A stretch of DNA of 64,000 bases from Polyangiales bacterium. Its GTDB lineage: Bacteria > Myxococcota_A > Polyangia > Polyangiales > Houyiibacteriaceae. The notes under the pieces were generated by a model that made no database searches, had not been told where the DNA came from, and was given only the letters and a program-made list of their open reading frames with translations. Below, piece after piece: positions 35,442 through 44,657 of this stretch. Position 1 is the stretch's first letter. Every line of letters starts with the position of its first letter. The DNA lies in assembly GCA_049670545.1 (NCBI GenBank), contig JBATTM010000416.1:1264-65263 (forward strand), written 5' to 3'. The position numbers and the translations under genes were made by a program.

Positions 35442-36272
35442 ATGACGAACATCAGACAAAACACGGGGCGAGCCCTCGTCTCGGCACTACTCATGCTCGG
35501 GCTCTCAGGTTGCACCCAAGTCGACGCGGGCAACTTGGGGGTCATCATGAAGTGGGGAGAGATTCAGCCAGAGCCGCTGCCCGAGGGGATCTACTTCCGC
35601 ATGCCGGTGAAGACGCAGATCATCAACATCTCGACGCGAGTCCACAAGATCGAAGCGGGCTCGACGGCATCCTCGAAAGACTTGCAGGTGGTCTCGACGG
35701 AGATCGCGCTCAACTACCGAATCGACGCGAGTCGATTGGTCGAAGTGTTTCGGAACATCGGCACACGACGCACCGTCGAATCCACGATCATCGACCCCGC
35801 CCTACAAGAGTCCGTGAAGAAGGCGACCGCACAGTACACCGCCGAACAGTTGATCACGAAACGCCAAGAAGTGAAGGAAGCGATCGCACTCAATATCACG
35901 GCGACCCTCAACAAGAGCGACATTCAGGTCACCGAACTCTCGATCACCGACTTCCAGTTCGCCCCGGAATATCAGGCCGCCGTCGAGGCCAAGCAGGTCG
36001 CAGAGCAACGGGCGCTCACCGCGCAAAACGACCTGGCCCGCATCAAGGTAGAGGCCGATCAGGTCGAAGCACGCGCACGCGGCCAGGCGGGCGCAGAGGT
36101 GGCACGCGCCGAAGCGGAGGCGACTGCCCAAGAGCTTCTCAAGCGCACGATCACGCCTGAGATCGTGTACCTCCGCGCGGTCGAGAAGTGGGACGGGACC
36201 CAACCGATGGTCGTCGGCGAAGGCGGCGCGATCCTGGACCTAGGTCAGATCAAGAAGGCGGCGGGTCGGTAG
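35442..36272 (+). CDS. SPFH/band-7 (prohibitin-family) lipoprotein
   Basis: MTNIRQNTGRALVSALLMLGLSGC lipobox, PHB domain (GNLGVIMKWGEIQ...STEIALNYRI), and coiled-coil AEQRALTAQNDLARIKVEADQ. Confidence 0.8.
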   Translation: MTNIRQNTGRALVSALLMLGLSGCTQVDAGNLGVIMKWGEIQPEPLPEGIYFRMPVKTQIINISTRVHKIEAGSTASSKDLQVVSTEIALNYRIDASRLVEVFRNIGTRRTVESTIIDPALQESVKKATAQYTAEQLITKRQEVKEAIALNITATLNKSDIQVTELSITDFQFAPEYQAAVEAKQVAEQRALTAQNDLARIKVEADQVEARARGQAGAEVARAEAEATAQELLKRTITPEIVYLRAVEKWDGTQPMVVGEGGAILDLGQIKKAAGR

Positions 36273-36280
36273 CGCGAACC

Positions 36281-37159
36281 TCAGCTGCCGAAGCCGGCGA
36301 CGAACGTGCCGTAGATCCAAGTCGCTGGCGCTGTGAAGACGAGCGCGTCGACGCGGTCGAGAAGACCACCGTGGCCGGGAAGAATTCCGCCACTGTCCTT
36401 CACGCCCGCGCTTCGTTTGAGAACCGATTCGAAGAGATCGCCAGCTTGACCCGCAACCCCCGCCACGATCGCGAGCGCGACCGCATCGAGGGCGGGCAGC
36501 GCGGGGATGAAGAGGCTGATGAGCACCGCGAAAAAAACCGACCCCGCAAGACCGCCGGCGGCGCCTTCGACCGTCTTTTTTGGGGAAATTCGAGGCGCGA
36601 GCTTGGTCCTACCGAACTTTCGCCCGACGAAGTACGCCGAGGTATCACTTCCCCACGCGATCGCGAATGCAAGAAGAACCCAAGCGCCGGTGGGCGGGAA
36701 GTCACGCACGAGATCAACCGTCGCGAGCGCGCCGCCGACGTAGATGGGCGTGGCAAGCAGCCATCCAATGTGCACGCTCGCGTTGTGCAGCGGATCATCT
36801 TGCAACATCCCGAGCACCATGGTCGCAACGATGAGCAGCAAGACGACCAGGTACACTTGCGCGATCGTCGTGCCGAAGATCACCGCGCACGCGAACGCAA
36901 CCGACGAGACCGAACCCCATACGCGCAAGCCGCGCGACGAGCGTGCCTTCATCCCCATCATCTCATAGCCGCCGACGGCGATCGCACTCAGGATGAAGAC
37001 ATGCCAAACCCATCTCCACCAACTCATCGAAGGCGATTCCGGGTCGTAGAACATCATGAACAAGATCATCGGGATCAGCGGCACGACGGTGGCCACACGG
37101 AGCGCCGTGCCCGACAGCCGTTTGCGCCCATCGTGGGTATGCTCGATCGACTCACTCAT
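36281..37159 (-). CDS. cdsA: Phosphatidate cytidylyltransferase
   Basis: Polytopic membrane protein with the CdsA signature GSDTSAYFVGRKFGRTKLAPRISPKKTVEGAAGG ... LKRSAGVKDSGGILPGHGGLLDRVD. Confidence 0.9.
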   Translation of the reverse strand: MSESIEHTHDGRKRLSGTALRVATVVPLIPMILFMMFYDPESPSMSWWRWVWHVFILSAIAVGGYEMMGMKARSSRGLRVWGSVSSVAFACAVIFGTTIAQVYLVVLLLIVATMVLGMLQDDPLHNASVHIGWLLATPIYVGGALATVDLVRDFPPTGAWVLLAFAIAWGSDTSAYFVGRKFGRTKLAPRISPKKTVEGAAGGLAGSVFFAVLISLFIPALPALDAVALAIVAGVAGQAGDLFESVLKRSAGVKDSGGILPGHGGLLDRVDALVFTAPATWIYGTFVAGFGS

Positions 37160-37932
37160 ACGGCATGCTCCAATTCGTCAGCCGAAGACTCCGGGGTCGA
37201 CTGCCCACGCGGCTCTGGAACCAAGCCAAACCGGCGCTCGCGCGCTTGGTAGCAAGTGAGGGCGTAATATAGCGAATTTGCATCGCAATTTGGCCAAAGC
37301 TCATCGGTGAAATGAAGCTCGGCGTACGCCGACGCCCACAGGAGAAAGTTGCTGATCCGCTGCTCGCCACCCGTGCGAATCAACAGGTCGACGGGGCCTG
37401 GCACCATCGACGCGAGATGTGTTTCGATGTGCTCGACATCGATGCGCTCTGGGTCGATCGAACCTTGTTGCGCTGCGCGTGCGAGTGCGCGTGCAGCGTC
37501 CGCGATCTCTTCACGGCCACCGTACGAGAGCGCAAGCGTGAGGGTCATGCCGTCACAGTTGCGTGTGTCGTCGATCAGAGATTGCAAACGTTCGCGCGCC
37601 AGCGAGGGCAACTTGTGCAGGCGACCGATCGCGCAAAGCCGGATGTCGTTGTCGATCAGTTCGGCACGCTCGGACACGAGATGCGCGCACAAGAGATCAA
37701 CGAGTGCGTCGACTTCCCCGCGCGGGCGATCCCAGTTCTGTTCACTGAATGCGTACAGCGTGAGTGCGGGGATTCCGAGTCGCCGCGCGGCGCGCATCAC
37801 CCGCCTCACCGCGTGGGCGCCGCGTTCGTGTCCGGCAGTGCGCGGCATCCCCTGCATCTGCGCCCACCGCCCGTTGCCGTCCATGATGATCGCGACATGC
37901 TTCGGGAGGCGGCTCACGTCGACCAAACCCAT
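37156..37932 (-). CDS. uppS: Undecaprenyl-diphosphate synthase (cis-prenyltransferase)
   Basis: HVAIIMDGNGRWA, FSEQNWDRP, LIRTGGEQRISNFLLWASAYAELHF. ATGA overlap with cdsA. Confidence 0.92.
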   Translation of the reverse strand: MGLVDVSRLPKHVAIIMDGNGRWAQMQGMPRTAGHERGAHAVRRVMRAARRLGIPALTLYAFSEQNWDRPRGEVDALVDLLCAHLVSERAELIDNDIRLCAIGRLHKLPSLARERLQSLIDDTRNCDGMTLTLALSYGGREEIADAARALARAAQQGSIDPERIDVEHIETHLASMVPGPVDLLIRTGGEQRISNFLLWASAYAELHFTDELWPNCDANSLYYALTCYQARERRFGLVPEPRGQSTPESSADELEHAV

Positions 37933-38128
37933 GGCGAGCGAGTATCATGGGGATCTCGTGGCAGCAACAACGCCCACGGGACCTGCACCGGCTGAACGCG
38001 AAGATGGCACTAAATAGAGCGAAGAGATGCCAGAATTGGCGTACTGAAGCCTTGAAGCACGCCAATGTGGCGTGGACGAATCAATGAGCGCGTTGAAAGA
38101 GAACCGGTCGTGGTTATGGTGAACCGGT

Positions 38129-39106
38129 ATGGCTGACCGCGACTTCTATCAGATCTTGGGGGTGTCGCGGGGCGCAAGCCCGGACGAGATCAAGAAGGCG
38201 TATCGCCAACTCGCCAAGGAGCTGCACCCCGACCGCAACCCGGACGACCAAGCCGCCGAGGAGCGATTCAAGGACGTCTCGGGCGCCTATGGTGTGCTCT
38301 CCGATGCGGGCAAGAGAAAGCTCTACGACGAGTTCGGCGAGATGGGGCTTCGGGAGGGCTTCGACCCCGAGGAGTATCGCGCAGCGACACAGGGGTTCGG
38401 GGGCTTCACTGGCGGGAGTGCGGGTCCCGGGAACTTCGACTTTGGCGATATTTTCGGCGGGGCCGTTCGCGGCGGTGGCGGTGGACCCGGTTCGTTCCGG
38501 GTGAACCTCGAGGACCTCTTCGGTGGCGCGGGCGCGGGGACGTATGTCCGCGCACCTCGTCCCGGTCAGGAACTGGAGTCGGAAGTGACGATCGAGTTCC
38601 GCGACGCCGCACTCGGATGCACCAAAGAGCTGTCGCTCCGATCGGCGGATGGCTCCTCGCGGACGCTGAAGGTGAGAATTCCTGCTGGGGTCAAGGGTGA
38701 AGGCAAGATCCGTCTTCGAGGGCAGGGAGGCGCTGGGTCGAATGGGGGGCCGGCCGGGGACCTGGTTCTAAAGGTCCATGTTCGAAAGCACCCGTTCTTT
38801 TCCATGCGCGGCAAGCAGCTGCACGTCCGGGTTCCGGTGACTCCACTCGAGGCGTATGCGGGCGCCAAGGTGAGTGTCCCGACCCCCGATGGCAGTGTCA
38901 CGCTCGCAGTTCCACCGGGGTCCCAGGCGGGTGCCAAGCTCCGGATGCGCGGGAAGGGCGTCGAGCCGCCCGGCAAACCCCGAGGGGACCTGATCGCCCA
39001 TCTCGAGGTCCTGCTTCCCACGGGTGAGGATGAGGCCGTGACGGAGGCGCTACGGGTGGTGGAAGAGGCGTTTTCGGGCGATCCCCGCGAGGGGCTGGAG
39101 CTCTAG
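38129..39106 (+). CDS. cbpA: DnaJ-class co-chaperone lacking the zinc finger (CbpA-like)
   Basis: J domain [34 protein letters not shown], a G/F-rich linker, and DnaJ C-terminal domains. No CxxCxGxG repeats. Confidence 0.8.
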   Translation: MADRDFYQILGVSRGASPDEIKKAYRQLAKELHPDRNPDDQAAEERFKDVSGAYGVLSDAGKRKLYDEFGEMGLREGFDPEEYRAATQGFGGFTGGSAGPGNFDFGDIFGGAVRGGGGGPGSFRVNLEDLFGGAGAGTYVRAPRPGQELESEVTIEFRDAALGCTKELSLRSADGSSRTLKVRIPAGVKGEGKIRLRGQGGAGSNGGPAGDLVLKVHVRKHPFFSMRGKQLHVRVPVTPLEAYAGAKVSVPTPDGSVTLAVPPGSQAGAKLRMRGKGVEPPGKPRGDLIAHLEVLLPTGEDEAVTEALRVVEEAFSGDPREGLEL

Positions 39107-39140
39107 ACCGACGTGAACGCCCCCTACAACGTTGAGCCTG

Positions 39141-39178
39141 GCGTTGTTTCACGTGAAACGTTGCACGTGAAACAACGC
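39141..39178. promoter_or_regulatory. 15-bp perfect inverted repeat, readable as two abutting CACGTG-centred palindromes; candidate bioFD operator and/or cbpA terminator hairpin
   Basis: GCGTTGTTTCACGTG (39141-39155) and CACGTGAAACAACGC (39164-39178) are exact reverse complements. Internally, GTTTCACGTGAAAC (39146-39159, perfect palindrome) abuts GTTGCACGTGAAAC (39160-39173). The element lies 35 nt after the cbpA stop and 61 nt before the bioF start. Confidence 0.5.
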
Positions 39179-39238
39179 GTCGAACCCCTTCTGACCCCTG
39201 TTTGACCAGGCGTCAGGGGTAGGCTTAGATCCGCCTTC

Positions 39239-40393
39239 GTGAGGTTCCGGGAACAGATCGTGGAGGCCCTTCAGGACCTCGAAACGCAGGGCCTGCTCAG
39301 ACGCCCGCGACACGTCGAGAGCGCCCAGGGGCCCGAGATTCAACTCGACGGCAAGAAGGTCCTTTGCTTCTGCTCCAACAACTATCTCGGTCTGGCGGAC
39401 CATCCCGACCTCGCCGCTGCGGCGCGCGTTCATGAGGGTTTCGGTGCGGCGGCCTCGAGGCTCATCACGGGGACGATGAGCGCCCACCATGAAACCGAGC
39501 ACGCCCTCGCGGGATTCCTGGGGAGCCCCGCCGCCGTGTTGTTCGCCAACGGGTACGCGGCCAACGTCGGAACGATTCAGGCCTTGGTGGGCCCTGGCGA
39601 CATCATCTTCAGCGATGCGCTCAACCACGCCAGCCTGATCGACGGATGCCGGCTCTCGCGCGCGAACGTCCGTGTCTATCGGCACCGCGACGTCGCCCAT
39701 CTTCGCGAGCTCATGGAGTCCGAATGCAACGATCGACGAAGGGCCTTGATCGTCACCGACTCCCTCTTCTCCATGGACGGAGTCGCCGCGCCCCTCGCCG
39801 AACTCGCCGCGCTCGCAACCACGCACGGGGCAGGACTCATGGTCGACGAAGCGCACGCCCTGGGCGTCTTCGGACCCGAGGGCCGTGGCCTATGCGCGGC
39901 GCAGGGGTTGGAGCCCGACGTCCTGATCGGCACGCTCGGGAAGTCCTTCGGGGGCGCGGGCGCATTCGTCGGGGCAAGCGGCGAGGTGGTTTCGCTCATT
40001 CGCAACCGCGCACGGAGTTACGTGTATTCGACCGCGCCGCCACCCTCCATCGCGCGCGCCGCCCATGCCGCCATCGCGCTGGTACGTGATGCCTCCGCCT
40101 CGCGCGCCAGACTCCTCGCCCACGCGGCCACCTTGCGCACCGAGCTGAGCCGGCTCGGGTTTGAAGTCCTCCCGGGAGAAAGCCAGATCATCCCGATCAT
40201 GATCGGGAGCAACCAACGAACGATGGCGCTGTCGGCTGCTCTTCTTGACGAAGGGATCTTCGTCCAGGGCATTCGGCCCCCCACGGTCGCCGAAGGCACC
40301 GCGCGTCTCAGGCTGACTCCGATGGCCACGCACACCGACGCGCACATCGACCGGGCGGTGGCCGCGTTTGCCCGGCTCCGCCCGACTCGCTAA
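39239..40393 (+). CDS. bioF: 8-amino-7-oxononanoate synthase
   Basis: GTG start. CSNNYLGLADHP, DSLFSMDGVAAPL, and GTLGKSFGGAGAFV (PLP-Lys), typical of the alpha-oxoamine synthase family. Adjacent to bioD. Confidence 0.85.
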   Translation: MRFREQIVEALQDLETQGLLRRPRHVESAQGPEIQLDGKKVLCFCSNNYLGLADHPDLAAAARVHEGFGAAASRLITGTMSAHHETEHALAGFLGSPAAVLFANGYAANVGTIQALVGPGDIIFSDALNHASLIDGCRLSRANVRVYRHRDVAHLRELMESECNDRRRALIVTDSLFSMDGVAAPLAELAALATTHGAGLMVDEAHALGVFGPEGRGLCAAQGLEPDVLIGTLGKSFGGAGAFVGASGEVVSLIRNRARSYVYSTAPPPSIARAAHAAIALVRDASASRARLLAHAATLRTELSRLGFEVLPGESQIIPIMIGSNQRTMALSAALLDEGIFVQGIRPPTVAEGTARLRLTPMATHTDAHIDRAVAAFARLRPTR

Positions 40394-40405
40394 GAGCCCG
40401 AGACG

Positions 40406-41092
40406 ATGCGCAGCGTCTTCGTCACAGCAACCGGAACCGGCGTCGGAAAGACCTGGTTTTCCTGTGCGCTCACGACCGCGCTCGTCGCGCGTGGAGAGCG
40501 AGTCGCCGCGATCAAACCAGTCGAAACCGGTTGCGATCCTGATCCGCTCGATGCGCTCGCACTCGCGGAGGCGTGCGGGAACCTGGCGCTCGCGCACGCC
40601 CCGGGCCTCTACCGCGCACGAGAGCCCCTCGCACCCTACGCAGTCGAGAAACGAGGCGGTCCGTCGGTCGGGTCTCTCGATTCGCTCGTCGCCGAAATCC
40701 GCGCGCTCGGAGCTGCGTCGGACTGGTGCGTCGTGGAGGGCGCGGGGGGCGTGCTGGTCCCAGTCGATGCGCGACACACCTTCGCCGACTTGATGACCCG
40801 TCTAGGGCTGGCGACGGTGTTGGTCGCCCCGAACGGGCTCGGCGTTCTGTCCCACACGCTGACGGCCGTCGAGTCCTTGCGCCAACGCGACGTCGATGTC
40901 GCCGCGGTGATCCTCAACGATGTCTTGGAGAACGGATCGGATCTGAGCGCAGGGTCCAACCGCGAAGTGCTCGAGGACCTCCTGCCGGAGATCCCGGTCT
41001 TCCCCTTACCCCACGCTGCCAATGTCGCTGCGCTCGCAACGCGGCTCACATCGATCGTCGAGTACCTCTCCAAGCGACTGATCGAGCTCTAG
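40406..41092 (+). CDS. bioD: Dethiobiotin synthase
   Basis: MRSVFVTATGTGVGKTWFSCAL (P-loop), KPVETG, VVEGAGGVLVP. Confidence 0.88.
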   Translation: MRSVFVTATGTGVGKTWFSCALTTALVARGERVAAIKPVETGCDPDPLDALALAEACGNLALAHAPGLYRAREPLAPYAVEKRGGPSVGSLDSLVAEIRALGAASDWCVVEGAGGVLVPVDARHTFADLMTRLGLATVLVAPNGLGVLSHTLTAVESLRQRDVDVAAVILNDVLENGSDLSAGSNREVLEDLLPEIPVFPLPHAANVAALATRLTSIVEYLSKRLIEL

Positions 41093-41118
41093 GCCGACAG
41101 TAGCACAGTTGATACCGT

Positions 41119-41865
41119 CTAGAACTTTCCTGATACCAAGACACCAGCCGGGGTGAACGTCCAGACCAGGTCGCGTTCCGCGTTCTTGGTCCGTCTGTGA
41201 CTGACGCCGAACCATGTCGCACTCCCTGCAAGTGCCGCGACCCCGAGCGCTCCGTACACGTAGGTCCATGGCGTTCGCGAACGCTCCGTCACGCACGCAC
41301 CAGAGACCTCATCGGCGCAAGATCCGTTCTTGACGAGCCCGACGACCATCGCGCTGACGCCCGCAACCCCGACCGCCCCAAGTGCCGCGCCACCCACGAT
41401 CGTAGATACGGGAAGCCCTGTTCGGTCCGAACTCGGCGTCGTGATCGCACGGCTCTCGACAGTCGCATCGACGAGTGCGCGCTCGGTTGCGTCACGCTCC
41501 TCGATCGACTCGCGCAACGCTTCGATTCGTTCGTTCACTTCGGCAGCCCGCGCCGGAGATGTCGTGTTCGCCAAGTAGCTTTCGAACGCTTCGAGTGCTT
41601 CGTCTTCGCGCTGCAACCGATCGGCGGCGACGCCAATGTTGTACTGCAGTTCCGCGCGCGAGCTTAGTCGGTACGCGTGCCGAAAGTAGACCAGCGCGCG
41701 CTCGTAGTCGGCGCCTTCGAATGCGACGCGCCCGCGTTCGAAATACTCGCGCGCCTCCGCATCGCGATCCGCGGCCTGCGCGTGCGCCGAGGGCGGGTTC
41801 CCTACCGAGAACGACGTCGCCATCAGCATCGCACACAGGGCGATTCCAATTGTGCCCCACCTCAT
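41119..41865 (-). CDS. Secreted TPR-like protein with C-terminal membrane segments (hypothetical)
   Basis: Start MRWGTIGIALCAMLMATSFSVGNPPSAHAQ (signal). One TPR-like helix pair (YFERGRVAFEGADYERALVYFRHAYRL) and Gly/Ala-rich TM segments. The longer track ORF (to 41982) runs into the tRNA gene and is rejected. Confidence 0.5.
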   Translation of the reverse strand: MRWGTIGIALCAMLMATSFSVGNPPSAHAQAADRDAEAREYFERGRVAFEGADYERALVYFRHAYRLSSRAELQYNIGVAADRLQREDEALEAFESYLANTTSPARAAEVNERIEALRESIEERDATERALVDATVESRAITTPSSDRTGLPVSTIVGGAALGAVGVAGVSAMVVGLVKNGSCADEVSGACVTERSRTPWTYVYGALGVAALAGSATWFGVSHRRTKNAERDLVWTFTPAGVLVSGKF

Positions 41866-41943
41866 AGAACACAAGGTAAGGGGCTCGCCGCGTGATCGCC
41901 AACCTCGTTCGGACCCGCGGACCGGAGTGTGGTCGGCTGACGG

Positions 41944-42019
<76 letters not shown>

Positions 42020-42125
42020 GAAGTCGAGGCGTTCGTATACCGCACTGACTGCGCGCGCAACTCGAACATGACCCAGGTGGGAGGCCCGCCCACGTGTGCA
42101 AGAGATCAGCGGAAACCAGTGGGTG

Positions 42126-42680
42126 TCAGGTCGCGGCGCGTCTTGCGGCCGCGTTCGCGACGCCGCCGAGCGCGATCATCGTCCACCCCGTCATCAACAA
42201 CCGAATTCCGACGAGCAAACCGACAGCCCACTCCGCGGACGAAGGAAAGTCGGCCCACAGCATGGCCGCAAGCGCGAGCGAAACGATTCCTCCGAATAGA
42301 AACCAGCCGCGACCCTCGGTACCTGCGAGCTGAAAGAACGCGAGCAAATGGTAGATTCCGTCGACCACGAAGTACGCGATGACCGCGATCGTCAAGGTCG
42401 TCAGCCCGAACACCGGATTCGCGAAGATGATCACGCCCGCGATGGCGGTGATCGCACCGAACAGGAACGCGAGCAGGCCGCGCCCAAACGTCGGCGCGCC
42501 AAACGCGAACACCGTTTGGCAAATCCCTGACACCACGAGAACCGCCGCGACGACCGCGGCGATCGCAAGCCCGCCGACGAGCGGCAACGCGATCGCGAGG
42601 ATCCCCATCAAGAGCACCAACACCCCGAACGCCATGCTGCCGCGGGACGCACGTTTCACCATCTGTGCTTCTTCGTTCAT
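42126..42680 (-). CDS. HdeD/DUF308-family membrane protein
   Basis: Six Gly-rich TM helices with a repeated G(I/V)xxIxxG pattern (LLMGILAIALP, LFGAITAIAGVIIFANP, LFGGIVSLALAAML). Start at MNEEAQMVKR; the upstream extension is unsupported. Confidence 0.65.
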   Translation of the reverse strand: MNEEAQMVKRASRGSMAFGVLVLLMGILAIALPLVGGLAIAAVVAAVLVVSGICQTVFAFGAPTFGRGLLAFLFGAITAIAGVIIFANPVFGLTTLTIAVIAYFVVDGIYHLLAFFQLAGTEGRGWFLFGGIVSLALAAMLWADFPSSAEWAVGLLVGIRLLMTGWTMIALGGVANAAARRAAT

Positions 42681-42780
42681 GCTCGACCTCCAGGCGCTAC
42701 ATATCCCCACTTGCGGGCCTTCGACAAGGCCAAGGGGTGTGGCTTGCACGCCCGGGAACCGGGGCTAGGCTCCGCCGTCT

Positions 42781-43869
42781 ATGTCCCGCGTCATCAACTT
42801 CAGCGCCGGTCCGGCCACGCTTCCGCTCTCGGTTCTAGAATACGCCCAGAAGGAGTTCCTCGACCACGAGGGGACCGGAATGTCCCTAGTCGAGCACAGC
42901 CACCGGGGGCCCGCCTACGGCAAGGTTCACGAGGAGGCCAAAGCCCTCTTTCGCGAGCTTCTCGACGTGCCGGAAACGCACGAAGTCCTCTTCATGCAAG
43001 GAGGCGCGACGGGCCAGTTTGCCTTGGCGCCAATGAACTTGCGCAGCCCGGGCCAGTCGGCCGATTACATCATGACCGGCACATGGAGCAAGAAGGCACT
43101 GGCTGAGGCGCGCGTAACCGGCCAGGCACGCGCTGCAGGAACCGGTGAAGTCGACGGGAAGTACACCCGCGTCCCGACCCAAGCGGACCTCGATCTCGAC
43201 TCCGACGCCGCGTTCGTCCACATGACGAGCAACAACACCATCATGGGAACGCAGTTCCACGAGTTTCCTGACACCGGGGACGTGCCCCTGGTCGCCGACA
43301 TGTCGAGCGACATCTTGTGGCGCCCAATCGACGTGTCGAAGTTCGGATTGATCTACGCAGGCGCGCAGAAGAACCTCGGGCCTGCCGGGATCACGGTTCT
43401 GATCATTCGTCGCGATCTCTGCGAAAACAGCCCGGAGACGATCCCGAACATTTTCCGCTACAGCACGATCCTCGCCGGCGACTCGATGCAGAACACGATC
43501 CCAACGTTCCCGGTGTACATGGTGCGAAACGTGCTCCGCTGGGTGAAGGCCGAAGGCGGCGCACCTGCGATGGAAGCACGCAACCGTGCGAAGGCAGAGA
43601 TGCTCTACGGAATGGTGGACGCAAACCCGGGTTTCTTCCGTTGCCCGGTCGAGATGGAATCACGCTCGGTGATGAACCCCGTCTTCCGACTCCCGAGCGA
43701 AGATCTCGAAAAGCAGTTCATCGCCGAAGCCGCCAAAGCCGGCATGGTTGGCCTCAAGGGCCACCGTTCCGTCGGCGGCATCCGCACCTCCATGTACAAC
43801 GCCATGGACCCCTCCAACGTCCAAACATTCGTCGATTTCGCCAACAATTTCGCGCGCAAGCACCAATAA
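42781..43869 (+). CDS. serC: Phosphoserine aminotransferase
   Basis: MSRVINFSAGPATLP, HRGPAY, GGATGQF, GAQKNLGPAGITVLIIR (PLP-Lys), KGHRSVGGIRTSMYNA. Confidence 0.92.
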   Translation: MSRVINFSAGPATLPLSVLEYAQKEFLDHEGTGMSLVEHSHRGPAYGKVHEEAKALFRELLDVPETHEVLFMQGGATGQFALAPMNLRSPGQSADYIMTGTWSKKALAEARVTGQARAAGTGEVDGKYTRVPTQADLDLDSDAAFVHMTSNNTIMGTQFHEFPDTGDVPLVADMSSDILWRPIDVSKFGLIYAGAQKNLGPAGITVLIIRRDLCENSPETIPNIFRYSTILAGDSMQNTIPTFPVYMVRNVLRWVKAEGGAPAMEARNRAKAEMLYGMVDANPGFFRCPVEMESRSVMNPVFRLPSEDLEKQFIAEAAKAGMVGLKGHRSVGGIRTSMYNAMDPSNVQTFVDFANNFARKHQ

Positions 43870-43872
43870 CCC

Positions 43873-43895
43873 AAAAAAGGGGACAGTCCCCTTTT
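43873..43895. terminator. Bidirectional intrinsic terminator between convergent serC and the GST/Grx-like gene
   Basis: AAAAAAGGGGA-CAG-TCCCCTTTT: a GC-core stem with a 3-nt loop, flanked by an A-run and a T-run, so either strand sees a hairpin plus U-tract. Confidence 0.7.
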
Positions 43896-44604
43896 ACGAA
43901 GGGTTAAGCGCATAGGTGGCGTAGAGGTAGTCGCGAATCGCGTCCGACTCGAACATCTCGGCGCCCGTGTTTGGGTCGACCAGATAGGGCACCTGCATCT
44001 TCCCAGAGAGTTCCACGAAACCGTGGCGCGACGGACTGTCCCTAGGCAGGTTTCGCAGTTGGTGCGGCAGTTCGAGTTCGCACAACGCTTCGCGCGCGAT
44101 GCGACAGAACGGGGAGCCTTCGTAGGAGTAGAGCTCGAGAAGCTCTTCCGGCTGTCGTGATGGTGCCGCGCGGCGCCCCTTCTGTGGACGAAACCCGGAC
44201 GCAAGCATCGACGTACCGACTGCGAACGTGCGCCGGCGCAGGAACCATGGCGCGCGCTTGCCCCCGTACTCACGAAACAGGTACTCCGCGATGTCAGCGG
44301 ACTCGTACATCGCGACGCCCGTATTCGGATCCACCAAGTACGGAAACTGATATCGGCCACCTTCCGTCTTTACCTTCTCGCGAAAACGGCGACCTCCCTT
44401 CGGGCACGGATACACGATCGGATCGAGGCTGAGTGCGCTCAATGCTTCGCGCGCGATTCGGCAGTACGGACATACCTCGAACTCGTAGAGCTCGAGCGGC
44501 CTCGCCGGGTCCTTCGTCCGGGTGTGGTGGTAGTTCCCAAAGTTGGGGCGTGCCGCGCTCGCTGCTGTCGCCGTCGTCAGATCCCAAAAACGCGCCACAT
44601 CCAT
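43894..44604 (-). CDS. Tandem glutaredoxin/GST-N-terminal-like thioredoxin-fold protein
   Basis: Two repeats: LYEFEVCPYCRIAREALSALSL...QFPYLVDPNTG and LYSYEGSPFCRIAREALCELEL...QVPYLVDPNTG. Confidence 0.65.
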   Translation of the reverse strand: MDVARFWDLTTATAASAARPNFGNYHHTRTKDPARPLELYEFEVCPYCRIAREALSALSLDPIVYPCPKGGRRFREKVKTEGGRYQFPYLVDPNTGVAMYESADIAEYLFREYGGKRAPWFLRRRTFAVGTSMLASGFRPQKGRRAAPSRQPEELLELYSYEGSPFCRIAREALCELELPHQLRNLPRDSPSRHGFVELSGKMQVPYLVDPNTGAEMFESDAIRDYLYATYALNPS

Positions 44605-44657
44605 CCGAGCCTTCTAAGGCGACTTTCCCCTTTTTCAAGCGGTGATAGCCTCAACCT

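Noticed and set aside
39149-39856. 235-aa minus-strand ORF
   Set aside because: It is antisense to bioF, which has clear alpha-oxoamine synthase motifs.
42020-42125. Integrated element next to tRNA-Ala
   Set aside because: No integrase, direct repeat of the tRNA 3-prime end, or composition shift is visible. The flanking genes are ordinary chromosomal genes.
44605-44657. Expected LexA box upstream of uvrB
   Set aside because: I found no GTTCAG-containing or palindromic SOS-like motif in the 53-bp upstream region.
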